Shown: piece after piece, positions 36,961-49,472 of the stretch | How positions within the stretch are numbered: position 1 is the first letter of the stretch | How the letters are laid out: each line of letters opens with the position of its first letter | Origin: Raillietiella orientalis | Lineage: Eukaryota | DNA length: 64,000 bases | NCBI GenBank assembly: GCA_036172245.1 | Contig: JAYWIR010000036.1 | Location: forward strand, 434,001 to 498,000 | Direction: 5' to 3' | The notes under the pieces: generated by a model | What the model was told of the DNA's origin: nothing | Databases searched by the model: none | Seen by the model: only the letters and a program-made list of their open reading frames with translations | Program-made: the position numbers and the translations under genes

Positions 36961-39900
36961 GCCTGCACCCGCTGTCTCCATGACCCAGCCGCCCATGAAT
37001 GAGGTGGGTTCATCCCTTCATCCCTGCCATAACGCGCAACCACGTCCCTTCTCGGAGTGGATCCGACGAAGCAGATGTTAACGGAAGGGATGTCATGGAG
37101 TATGCAGCTCGCTTTCTGCGAATAGCAACCCGATAGCCCCACCTGGGAAATCTGCAGAAGGACCTCGTCAGCATCCTGCAAAGGATGGAAACTCCACGCA
37201 GCAGACAGTGATCCCTTCCCGGCCCTCCAAAGAACTATGGTTTTGTGTCTTCAGTTTCCTTTATTTTTATTTTTGTTTTCCCCATTTCCCTACGCTGACG
37301 TGGAGTGTCAAGTCGGTCTGTGCACCGACATCCCGGCAGCTCCCTATGTTTTATTGACAGCAGCGGAGCCTTGTACCGCAAATACCGAAAGTTTACCTTG
37401 TACCGAAAGTTTTTAAATAAACGGCCCGGATTGACCGGGTGGAAACGTCCCTTCCTGTTCGAACGTCAGCGGGCTGCACGACAACGAAAAGAGTCGCGCG
37501 GTAACGGAAATCCTGCAATCTTTGGATCTCGCTCTGCTCCAGAAGACACACCAGATCTCCCAGCAGGAAGTCGAGGATATCGAGAAATTTGCGGGGGGGA
37601 AGCCACACAGAAGGAATGGCACAGCGCTCCCGTGTGGGGTGGCCATCTCTGCAGATAAACCTCTCTGATGGGAAAAGGGCAACGTGTTTATTTATGGTGT
37701 TCCTGGGAACCGCCACGGGACATTTCGCAGTTGAAGAAGTTCAGTGACAGTGGCGCCTCAAACGGCAGGAGTTTGCGTTGCTGGTGTTGCGTCGGGAAAT
37801 TCCGTGCAAAGCGTTCCTTCACCACTGGACACGGGGGGAAGGGGGTGAACTTGTGGATGTCAAGTGAGACAGGTAAGGCTAGAAGGAGACCCTCCCGCAA
37901 CTCCTGCTGGACTGTACCGCCCACCGACCCTTTTGGGATTACCTCTCGACAGTCCTAGAAATCCCGGTGGGCGGTCCCAGAGACATTTTTCGACGCCTCT
38001 TCGTGCACGCCGCACTACCGCGTCCTTAGCAGTTCTCCGCTGCATCCGCGGAATTCTGGTAGCCTGGAACGCGGAAAGGGGTCAGGATGGCAAGGACGTC
38101 ATCCATTGGGCTCAGACCTTTTTGAAGACCTCCTCGATATGGTTCCACCTGAGCAACAAAAGAATACCACGTGTCGGCATCCAGGACTGGATGCAAAGGA
38201 CCTCATCCAGTGAAACGTGATCCCTTTTCCGTTCCCTCCCCCCCCCCACATTTGCTTCCCCTTTTTTTGTTTTTTGTTTTTCAGTTTCCCTTTACATCTT
38301 TGCTGCTGGGGAGGATCTCGCCCGTCTTCGTACCATTGATCGGTACGCTGGACGGATGTGGTAGGCCAAATGTTGCTCCACTTGGACAAATTGACCGTAC
38401 GTTTGTTATTTTTAATAATAAACGCCCCGGCAAATCCCAGTAAAAAACCTGGAAGAGGGAGTCAAGACGGACATTTAGTTTAAAGAAGGAGTGACCGAAC
38501 CCGGTGATCTCTGTCTTGAATCTTCCCCTTTTGTGTCGCTGTTCCCCTTTTCCTCTAAGAAACTCCTCCCAGTGCTCGAAGAGGAACGGGAAAAGCCAAA
38601 GACTCATGCCCCTTCCCTCGTTCCTTTTTTTCCTTTTTTCGTTCCTCAGCCCCGCTTAGCCCGTTACGGACTTCTGGGGCGACCTGCATGCCGGCGGCCA
38701 TCCACCCTTCGAACTCCTCATTGTCATCTTGCTGGGTGCTTTCTACCGTGTTTGTTCATTTTTCGAAAGAACGTCCCGGCGTGAGGGAGGTAATGGGTGA
38801 ATTTCCCGGGTTTCCACTACGGGGAGCACGGGATCTCTCAATAGAGTGCCAGGTTAGAGGTCCGAGGGACGATAGCTACGTCGCCGCGTCCTGACGTCGT
38901 TGCGCACCCCGATGACGTGCCAGCAGACTGCTGCTGGCGCGGCGCTACTCAGAACTCTACCGGAAGACCTCGAGTGGCGCGCCGGAACACTAGGACTCTC
39001 CCTCTGAGTGACGCCAGGAGTCGGCGCGGTTGCCGATGCACTGGGGACTTCCATGCAACGCCCGCCGCTCCCACTAAACCCGGAGAAAAGTGAACTTTGA
39101 CCTGCGGTAGTTGCGGCAAGCGAGGGGAACCTGCCGGAGCACCTGCTTGCGGGTTGCGCTGCTGCCCTGCGGATCCTGTGGGAACGCTTTGCCGCGACCC
39201 TGAGGATCCCCAAAGACAACCACGGAGACGCTGTGGAGCACCTCTTCCTGAGCACTGCCCTCACGCCGGCCGCTCCCTCCCTAGCAGCACTGCAGAGTGC
39301 TGCTAGGGGAGGTAGTGGCGTGGGATGGTGGCGTCCTGGAGTGCCAAGAGAGGAGGCTAGGACGGCGAGGACACCATCCACTTCGCAGTCGGCTCCCTGA
39401 GGATCGCAACGAGATGGCCCTGTCCAGGAAACATCCTGTGGAAACCTGCCGGCATCCTGGCAGGGATGCGGAGGATGCCCTCTGGTGATCCCTTCCCAAA
39501 CCTTCCAGAGTTTTTTCTATTTCTTCCATTTATTTTGATGTTATTTTTTTATTTCCGTTCTCCCTCCTTCCTCTGCGGCGACCTCGCCGGTCTGCACATC
39601 TGCCTCTCTCCAGATTCCATCTTCAATCTCTCTGGTCCAGCCAAAGCTTCTGTCTGCGGTTCTTTTTTTTTTTTTAAAAAAAAAAAAGAGTAGAAGAAAC
39701 ACACCGGCGCACTCTGGAGAGAAGCACTGCTTTCAGGGGCGTACCGGAGGGGCTCCTGCCCACGGGGCTGTGGCATCTGAGCTCGTCCGTCCCTTTTGGT
39801 ACCCTCCTCGTCGTCTGGCCGCAGGACCTTCTCCGACGAGGGGTCGACACAGCCGCCTTGCTTTCAAAGGCCGGCTTTCTCACCCCTGCTTCCCCTCTAG

Positions 39901-42900
39901 GGACGATCTCTGGCGCCGTCTCGCGGAGTCCAGGCATCTGGGTTCCCGACGTTTCCGCACCGGAGGGCGGGCTGGCAGCCCCTCTAGGCATCCGGATCGG
40001 ACGTCTCTGGCCGGTTTCACGCTGCCTCTAGGTCTTCCTCCCGACCTCGAGTACTGCCGCAGAGCGACTGCTGTTGCCCCCACGCCTCGCAGCCCCGGGG
40101 GGTAAGCGGCGGCAGCTGAGGAAGGGGCTGGGAAGGCATCCCATTGTGTCCAGAGATGTCCTGTTTATCCTCTGGGACAGCTATACTCGATCTACGGCCC
40201 GCCAAGCTTCTATGTGAGGTCACAAAATATGCAGGAATCAGCTTACTGATTCTCACCTTGATAATTTAAGAATAGTATGTAGTAGCTATAAACCCGATTT
40301 AGTCTAAAATAGTCAAAAAATCTCAACATCAAATATTACTCTAATTTCTAAATAAAAACTTAGTTTCATTTAGATTTTCAATTTTTTTTTACATGATTAT
40401 ATTATAATATATAGCGTACTATATACAGCATGCGTAATGTTGCAAACTTGTGTATGTGGCTCGAGAAGACAGGTTGAGTATGACTGCTCCGGAGGATGTT
40501 GAAAAGTTGGCTTTTGTCTTCCCCCAGATGGGGCCATCTCTCGGCGATCCTGGGATGGCTCCTGAGGATCCGAACACCCGTCACGAAGTGTTCCCACGGA
40601 ACCGAAGGGCAACACAGTGAAGGAGCAGGTGTGCGAGGGTCTGTCTTTCCCCGCATGAACACTCCGCAGGGTCCAGTGGTGGAGGCAGCAGCAACAACAA
40701 CGCCGAATTCTTCCACTTGAGCAAGGGGGTGCGGTTGTTCAGCAACACTGGGGACCACATCCGGGATTCTCTATTAATCCCCAGCAGCTCGTCCTAGCGG
40801 ATAAGTCCTTTGAGTGGGACAGTCGGGGTCGATCGTCCATCACCAACCGAGTTGTCCACGCACACAGAATTTTCTCGTTTGCTTTAATGCAGCATTCCAC
40901 CTCCCACCTTGGCGGAAGTCGCTGTTGCTTGCATCCTATTAGGGGGCAGCACTGGACCCACGGAAGCTTTCGTGGGTTGCACACGATCTCTTGCAGTGGC
41001 CGTCGAGCGTTCCTTCGTTTCCAGAGGCAGGCTTACTCCGCCTCGCTCGCGCCGCTGGCCTTCCCTCACGTGGAAGCTGACTTACAAACAGGCAGTGCAG
41101 TTCGCGGGGAGGCAGGAGATCCAGCTGCTCTCCTCCACCAAGGCAACCACACCTTGGTGTGCTGGCGCGCACCAAGGTGTGGTTCAACTTCGCCCCAAGG
41201 GTGAGTCTTCTGAATTGGAACTCACGCTACATCCTCTCCAGGGTAAGAAGACTCAGTCGAGCTCAACATTCTGAGACCTCGTGTGACTCGAATTGCCTCA
41301 CTTTCCACGCCTGATCGATACCGATCGATCGATCGCTACTGGCAGCGACTGGCGCTCGACCATCAGCGTCGACCGTCGGGCCGTGCCTGTATTCTTACAT
41401 ACTCGACTGTACGCACCTATGCCTGCGTAAGCACCTGCGCACCGGCCCTTTCTGTGTCGAACAGTGTCGACCATCTTAACCCTGGCGCTTGTAATGGCGC
41501 CTTTACTTTTTGTAATTTTCCCCATCATAGACATTCATTAAAATGCCACTCTCCTTGGATAAATACAAACCCAGGTTTATTGACTCTGAGCAGTTGTTTT
41601 TGTACTCTACTTCCCCGTCCTTGTGCTTGTTCTATTCTTGACGGCAAGTCTGCCTTCACTGCAGAGGATGAACACAGTCGTATCGGGAAGAAGATGAAAC
41701 ACCATCTCAGTAGGATTCATGGAGTTCTTCTTCAACAAAGTTTCTGTTTTTGCGATAATTGTGACTTCTTTTTTACCATGATGTTTTCAAATACTGCCCC
41801 ATTTCCTTCTTGTTAAGATACGAAACGTTCTAACCCACTTTATGCTCCTCTATGCATCCGAAAGTATAAATGTGATCAATATGAACCTAGTTTTGAACAC
41901 AAACACCTGAAAAGGTAATCACCAACAGCTTGTGCAATTTTCTGCCCTCAAAAAATCAACATGTCTTGAACTTTTTGAAGATTACACATGCGGCGAACCC
42001 ACAATATCGATGTCTTTGGCAATCTGCTTTCGCCTGTTCTCCCTTCTCTTTAAGTTCCTCTTGAGCCTCGTCCTTCTGACCCTACGCCAATTTTCGACAA
42101 GACTATGTCTCCCTCTTGTGCCTCTCCTGCACTTATTGCTGCTATTGAAACATTCCAGAAACATGAAAACGGGTTCCCTCCTGAACTCACCACAGGAAAT
42201 TACTGTATCTTTGCCCTTTCCTGAAGATCGCTTCCACGATGGAACGTCTCCAAAACTCCCTTCCTCTCCCGAAAACACTTATGCAGGCATCGTTAACCCT
42301 TTGGGTGCGGAGCTCATCAGATTGAAACGTTCCATGTTGACGACACGCGAGTCGCTGTTGGACGGAACGCTTTTCTGCGTACCATGTGCTCCTTCGAGGT
42401 ACCGACTGACTACAGCAGGTGCTGATTGAAGCTACTATTGTAATTGTTCATTGACACTACACTAAACGAAATATTTTCATTTTCCCCAAACATATATCAT
42501 TTATTTAAAAATTATAATTAGAGTTTGCAATGAAATCAATAACTCATTCACATTTTCTAGATTTCACAAAGATAAAAAAAGAACAATATAACAAATTCTA
42601 TACGACACGGAGAGAAACCGAGAGCAGCTAGCTGATATAAATAGAATTCTGTTTGCTGTCGTTGCTAAGTTAACCATAGGAACGTGATTGCATGCGTCCA
42701 TCTCAAACATGGATGGTGTTAACTCGTGCCGCGACTACAAGGTGAAAACATCTGCCAAACGCATTGATGCGTCGTCCATGGAGCACTCTGACAGCTTTCG
42801 TCGGACGCATCTATGCGTCCATAGCACTCGAAGGATTAAATCACAACTGCATGTCTTCCGGAAACGTTTGCCGCCCATCAATCGTTCAACAAATACCTCT

Positions 42901-43299
42901 CTAACACCATCCATTCGCCTTATAAAAACACATTCCCTTTGTCCGGCGCCTCCACCTGTGATTGATTTGCAACCGTTATCGCAGGAAAGTTTCTTCATCC
43001 CTTATGCTGGCTCCTTACAGGACCCCAACGTTCGACCCTCACCCAATCCTACATGAGAGCACCAAAGTCCTTGTGCCCCTCTAAGAATGTCTGCCCCCTA
43101 TCGAATCAACGCTGTAAGTGTGAAAATTTATGACCTTCCAATGGATTCTTGTTCCTTCATGGCTCTTGCCCCCAATCCTCCTCCCCTCTCATTTCTTCGA
43201 TCTCTATTAATGAATCTAAAACTACTCCAAAATTTAATGAACCTTGGGAACCTAATGGACAACGTATGAAGGGTACAAGCGCTGTCCCTCCTTCCTTTT

Positions 43300-44870
43300 C
43301 GTCATGTTTAAGGCTCTTTCCCAGAATTTTCCCGCGCAAAAGCCTCCTCTCCTATACGCTCCATTCCTTCGCATTTTCAACGGACTAGCACTTCACCCTT
43401 CGTTTGCCTCCTCCTTCCTCCAGTTCATAGCAATGCCGAAGCATCAACAGCTGACAGCAGACTCGTTGTTTTTCCAGTGTTCCCAGGCCTTCATTGCATA
43501 ATCTCTTCTTGCTCCTGCTGCACTCAAACCATGGATGCACCTCGTACTTTATCCTCCCTTAGCCGTCACTTTCAAACAGCAGATAATCTAAAGTTTTATA
43601 AGGATTCTCTTCTTTGCCGACATTGCTGTCAGCCGGTATTACGACTCGCTCATCACCACCTCTGTTTTGGGAACACACGTTCTACCTACACCCGTCCACA
43701 ATCAACAACAACTTTGTCTCACAAATGTCCTATCCCTAACTGCTCCGCCTCTTCCTCATCCTCCAAAGGGTTGAAAAATCATTCCCAATGTCATCACAAA
43801 ATTCGCAATAAAAACAAATCATTGCCTCTTCCCCCTCCTTCTTTGATGCATCCCAATATAAATCAATCATGACTTCCAGTCTTCTACCAGATCCATACAA
43901 GGTTTATCCTTCCTTCGGAGAAGTAACAGGTCGACCATCCGTTCCTCATACCCCACCATCTCTTCAACAGTATGCACCTATTATCAGAGTACTTCCAGAC
44001 TATCAAGCCCCCCTAAAAGGCTAATTTCGCCCTCCCTATTCCCGGTCCTTTTCCTTCCTCAATTCCCCCCCTCCCCGACGCCTACACGGACAACAGCATC
44101 GCAATCCTTTCTTGGTCAATACACTGCCAGTTTCAAATTGTTACATTCCTCTGTCCCCATCTGTGATTCTTGGAAGCATATCCTTGATACCTTGCAGTTG
44201 ATGATTCAGGACATAAAAGAAATGTTTAAGACTCACCCCCTAGGGCTGCCAACAGCTTGTTCTGTTCTTCCTGGAAATGCATTGCAGTCTCCCTATAGAC
44301 GTCATCGTAAGCGTGCAATTTGTGCAGCCTTAGACCTCAATGCAGTTGGCATATGCTGGTTCCCGTTCGACTGTCGAAGACTTTTTCCTCGAAAAACTTT
44401 CATAATAAGAATTGTTGCATCAGTTGTTCCAATTCTTCAAGTAGATCACTCGACTATTTCTCCTCATGAAGTTCATTCTATGCTCCTTGAACTCTTCTAC
44501 TGGTATGCTCCGGGTAGCGATGGAATTATCTATCCTGTACCTTGACGCACTGACTGTGACTGCACTTATCTTGCTGCACTTTATTCAGCCTGCACATTCC
44601 ATGAAAGCCTTCCTGATGGCGGAAATCGTCTCGAACTGTCCTTATCCCTAAAGTAAGTTCTGTCAACCCCTTGGACGATTACCAGTTCCATCCAATAGCC
44701 ATCTCAGATACTACTGGCAAACTTTTCTGTAAAATTTTTGCTCATTGACTTCGTTTGTGGATTTTCTCTAATGGTATTCTTGGACCTAATGCGAAGGGAC
44801 CTTCCTTCCTCATGACGGGGTTCCTGAACAAGAAGATTGTATAAAACTAATTTTACAACCTTCAAGATTA
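43300..44870 (+). mobile_element. Decayed NeSL/Utopia/R2-like (RLE-class) non-LTR retrotransposon; a similar zinc-finger remnant lies at ~41560-42290
   Basis: N-terminal zinc fingers (CRHCCQ..., HKCPIPNCSAS...GLKNH..CH), LQSPYRRHRKRAI, APGSDGI.Y, RTVLIPK, PIAISDT.GKLF (start of RT). Confidence 0.65.
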
Positions 44871-45543
44871 CTCGGCGGAAACATTAAAAAATATTTTCCT
44901 TTACTTGACATACCATCCTTTGATCGGATAGGAGATCCGTTTGTCTTAAGCGCGTGCAAATTTCCAAATTTAAACGTTACAGAAGAGGACGAGCTAATAG
45001 AGATAAGGAATAAAGAGGAGTGAAACTTAAACACTTGACAAAAATTGCCTCATTTTGGTTATGTCTTGAAAGTGAATCTCCCGATATCATAGAGGAAAGT
45101 AACAAAAGTAGCGCTTCCTTTCTCCACATTGTATTTGTGTGACAGTTGACAGTATTTCCTAGCTTTTTAACAGTGAATAATATAGACCTCTTGCACTCCA
45201 CTGGCTCCTCTGAGAGGACATTCAAATTGCTCCACAGATCCATTGGCTCCGCTGAGGGGACATGCATTGTGTTGATGCGTTAGAATGGGGACCAGAATTA
45301 TGTATTCTTTACCTTGCAGACCAGAATATTCAGCCCGCTCGTCGGCACCCAAAGTGAGTGCAAGCAAGCGCCGTGATCGTTCACAGTTTTCTGCTAGAGA
45401 TCACTGCTCTGCAAACATTACACAGTGTTAAGTTGCAACCATGATTTCCTAAAATTTGTTTATTTTCGAACAGGACCTCGACTTTTCCATAAAAGTTACT
45501 CTCTAGCTGCCAACAATCAGTTGCAACGCAAGTTTATAGTAAA

Positions 45544-46091
45544 GATGGATAGAGAGGAAAGTAATTATGATTATTTTGAATTGAGTGAAAGTGAAGAACT
45601 TCATTTATACCCAGTTGATGACTATTTAACTGATATTGCATCTGAAGATAGTGCAAGCGATTATGATTCTGGAATTCGTTCCAGTGAAAGCGAAATTATT
45701 GTAAAATGGCGACAAAGAATCGAAATTATTGAGAGTGAAAACTCTCTCGAAGATGAATGGGTCGACATAACGGATAACAAAAGGATTCCAAAAAAGATTG
45801 ATCTTACAGTATCGCCCATGGTCACTGGACCACAGATTGCATCCAACATTGTGGAACCAATAGAACATTTCCAGTTATTTTTCACACAGAAGAGCTTGTC
45901 AAAGGATATCATCGAAGAAACAAACAGCTTTGCAAAAAGCATAATCGCAGCGAAACACCTGACGAATGAACATTTATCATTTTTTTTTCTTATCAAAGAA
46001 AAGCCATTACTTTTCACATTTTTTGATTGAGAAAGTGTGCTGGAGCTGCTAGTTGGTCGTGTCAACAATCACTTGGAGTGCAAAGGGTTAA
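45544..46091 (+). mobile_element. piggyBac-like DNA transposon remnant: transposase N-terminus and right end
   Basis: Acidic N-terminus, then PIEHFQLFFT...DIIEETNSFAK; terminal CAAAGGG followed by TTAA at 46081-46091. Confidence 0.75.
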
Positions 46092-46728
46092 GAAGAAAGG
46101 TAGATCGCACCTGGGAACCCTGGAAGAAGATTTAGGGATGTGCGTGTCCACAATTCAACCTCACTCGGAAGATATTCTTAAACAACGTCGAGCTTGGATA
46201 TCTCATTAAAAATTGAATGCAAATAAATTAAATAAAAAATGATAAACGAAAATTGTCTTAAATGATCTGAGCTTTATTTTTGCATTACAAATCGTCATAA
46301 TGAGTTCTGTCAAAGACATTTTTGAAATCTAACTTTGGAGCAAAAAAAAAAAAAAACGTAGATAGCTGCTATATTATCGTTTGGTGTGGCACAGGATTTT
46401 AGTAACCGATTTATGTGTGCCGTGATAGGAAAAAGATTGAAAATCACTGCGCTGGACCGATTGAAGTCGAAAATGACCAGCCACATCCGCTGAGCACTGG
46501 GCCGTTATATAGGCAGCTTCACAAAGCAGGTGATGATTTGCAGGCGTTTCTTTGGGGATCCCGTAGGGAAAGCAGATTTTGACATTAACCGGTCTGGAAA
46601 GTGGGGATAGTGTCATTTTTCGTACGTGTTCCGTGCTGTTCCGTTCCCTTGGCCCACCGACAAGGTCGAAGTGCAGGTGTATGCCCGGAAGCAGGGGATC
46701 CAGTTGCAGAACATGTCTTGTGCACAAT

Positions 46729-48194
46729 ATGCTCTCCAAGCATTTGCAGCGAAGAAACATTCATAGTTATCTGTATATTTTGTTGTTATGTGCAATGATC
46801 ATAGTGAGCTTTCACTATTTGAAAGTCAGCACCCAGTATAGTCTGCTTTCGGAGAAGTTACAATATTTCGATGAACAGCTGAAAGCCAAGTAAGGCATGG
46901 ATAGGTTTTGTAATGACCACCGGAAGTCAGGTTCTCATCTTTTGAGTTCATTGCATGTTATTTTCCAGTCAAAAATTGCAAACACAGTTAAATAGCGAAA
47001 AGGAAAATCTGAAAGATAAGCTGATTGAAACTGAGGAAATAGTGAACGCGTATGTTGCAGAAGCCAAAGTCAAAGATTCTGACCATGAAAAACTGAAGCA
47101 AGCATTGGATTCAGTAAGTACAAAATTAAAGTCCAGAAACCAAGAATTCGCTGCTTGCTGCGACACCCGTATGTTGGTGAGTTTATGTGATGAATTTTCT
47201 TCTTAGCAGTTTTTGATTCATTAGGTAACAGTAAGTGGCCTGCACTGTTCGATAATATAGTAATGTTTGTTTAATGGTCTCTAAATAATCTTATGCCATG
47301 TCTAAATTTTGTAAGCTCGCATTTTAAATTCCTTTTGCACCGTGCACGGCTCGACCTGTCTTCCACTTTGATCCTGAAAACTCTAGTCCATTTCTTAGGG
47401 CATTGCCAAACGTTGAAAAGCATTGAGCTGCCCATGAAAAAACTCCTATTTTGTTTGTTTGTTGAAGTTGTGTGTGTGTGTTTTCAATTAATATTAAGGT
47501 ATGATAATTAAATAGTGCTTGAACTTGAAAGACAAACTGTCTGGCATGTTTAAGATAAGATTTCGCATTCTTCACCTTTTGTGTTGCCCAAATTAAAACA
47601 TAGTGTTCTTATTCACGGTAATGACAAAAAGTAACGTGTGGACAAAAAAAGTGTGCCTATTTTCAAATGTTAGTAGCACCTAGAGGAACATAAAGAGGAA
47701 ATAAACTAATGCACAAACATTTTGTGAAATGTTAGAAACTAAAATATTTGGTAAACTATTATTTTTTGTTATCATTTATTCATTAGCAGAATAAAAAAAT
47801 TGATTCTTATTTTGTACATGATAGTAAATAATATTTGTGTTGCCGACAGTGCAGTAAATATTCTAGAAATCAAAATCTTTAATCAAAAATGGGAACAAAT
47901 GCATTCACAGATCACTGTGTGGTTTAATTTGTAGTTTGAATGCATTTGTGATGTTTTTGAATTGTTACATTTTTGTTTACAATGATGCAGATGCCACAGA
48001 ATTTGTGAACTTGAACAAAAGGTGCAGGCATACAATGTTTTGTTACATTTTCTCCCAATAGGAGCAGTTAAGAGGTTGTAGTATGGAGTTGCGTAAGATG
48101 CAAAACCACATCAATAGGTTGACTGCAGTACAGCAATCACCAGATTATCTAGCAAACAGTCCCAAAACTGCTGGTAACAATAATAGGATAATGG
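46729..48194 (+). CDS. Host multi-exon gene: type II membrane protein with coiled coil (GOLM1/GOLIM4/CASC4-like architecture); 3' end unresolved
   Basis: Exon 46729-46889 (N-terminal hydrophobic segment) splices in frame via GT-AG to exon 46969-47176 (heptad-rich). Further exon-like segments at ~47991-48021 and 48062-~48194; the phase between them suggests a missed exon. Confidence 0.55.
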
Positions 48195-49472
48195 GTACAT
48201 TTGTGGAACTTTGTTCTAAGGTGATTTGCCATTTGGTTCACTTCTGGATGTGCAGCACACTGCAGTGCAAATGCTTCATATGGGAAGTTCTGGAGCACGT
48301 GATGTGAAGAGTTCTTGATGCAAATACTATCTATTTTTTGATCAGAATCATCTTAAATGAAATTTGTACTTCAAGTTTTCTATATATAATGAAAGATTTC
48401 ATTGCAAGCATATGCCTCTGTTCTCTCTGCAAATAGTGAGCATTGTTAATTGCAGAGTATCAGAATGTGAAACTGTTGGAGATCATGGCAGTTTGAAATT
48501 TATGAATTGTGAAAGTATTAACATGCTGTGTAAGTAATTTTTGTGTGATCCTTAAAAACGTCTTTTAATCATCAATTTGATACTCTTGAAAAGAAAGTGA
48601 TTTGAATAATCACATTTGCTGCACATAGATATTTCTTAGTTGATATTTCCAAATCCATTTTCAAGCAAGCATCATTTTGCTTTCATTTGGCATCATCATC
48701 ATCATCTGTGCAATGAATTAAAAGCATATAGAAGAACCTTCAATTCTAAACATTGGAAACACTTCAAAAAACACCACTCTGTAAAGTCGTCAGCATGTTC
48801 TTATCAAATAATTTTTTGGGGGTCTTGAAATTCACTGTGGATCATGCATAAGTTCCAAACCACAAATATGGGGTGCAAATCCTGTACCAAGGGCAAACAC
48901 TGTTCTTGTTACAACATAGCCACATTGCAATAGCATGCAAACTGCAAGTAACTGTACTTCCAGTTTGCATGCTATTGCAGCTTGGATGCAAGGTATGGAC
49001 ACTGGAATGTAGGCAGTGCAAAAGTTTGATCTTCGCCTTTGATATGCCGAAATTGCCTGCAAATTTGCCATCAGGGCGTAATTGTTTATAGAAAAATATC
49101 GAAAGCACAGAGTTTCTTAATATTTGGAACCAAAATAGCGATTTCTCACAAATGACTGCGTTTTCAGTTCCTTGGTTTTCATATCAACGCCTGCATGTAA
49201 GATTTCATACTTGCCAGGTGTATTTTAGTTAGTAGAAATGCATAAAAGGAACAAACGTTCACAAATCAAAAATCCGTGTATCAGCATAAGACCTTTGATG
49301 CAATTTTGAATTCACCGATACTAATAATGATTTAGTGATGTTTAAAGACTACATCATTTTTAAAATAGGAAAGCAATTTTCTCTTCAGTGAGCAAAAGAA
49401 TTTAACTATTTTGATTATGGATTGACAGTGGATCACAACTGAAATGATTAGCACATTAATATCAAAAACATT

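Larger units (their letters stand above)
30320..39700 (+). mobile_element. Cluster of 5'-truncated L1/Tx1-like 3'-end fragments (about seven copies) interleaved with other LINE pieces
   Basis: Shared GTGATCC(CTTCCC) after the ORF end, a T-rich tract and terminal AATAAA(C/T)G(G)CCC; CGSCG..EHLLAGC-type C-terminal finger at ~39100-39155. Confidence 0.7.

Noticed and set aside
42700..44900. U2 snRNA target sequence flanking the Utopia/NeSL-like remnant
   Set aside because: No U2-like sequence seen, so the clade assignment is left open.
48640..48828. ORF with a poly-histidine run
   Set aside because: A short (cat)n microsatellite in AT-rich DNA between convergent genes, with no other coding signal.
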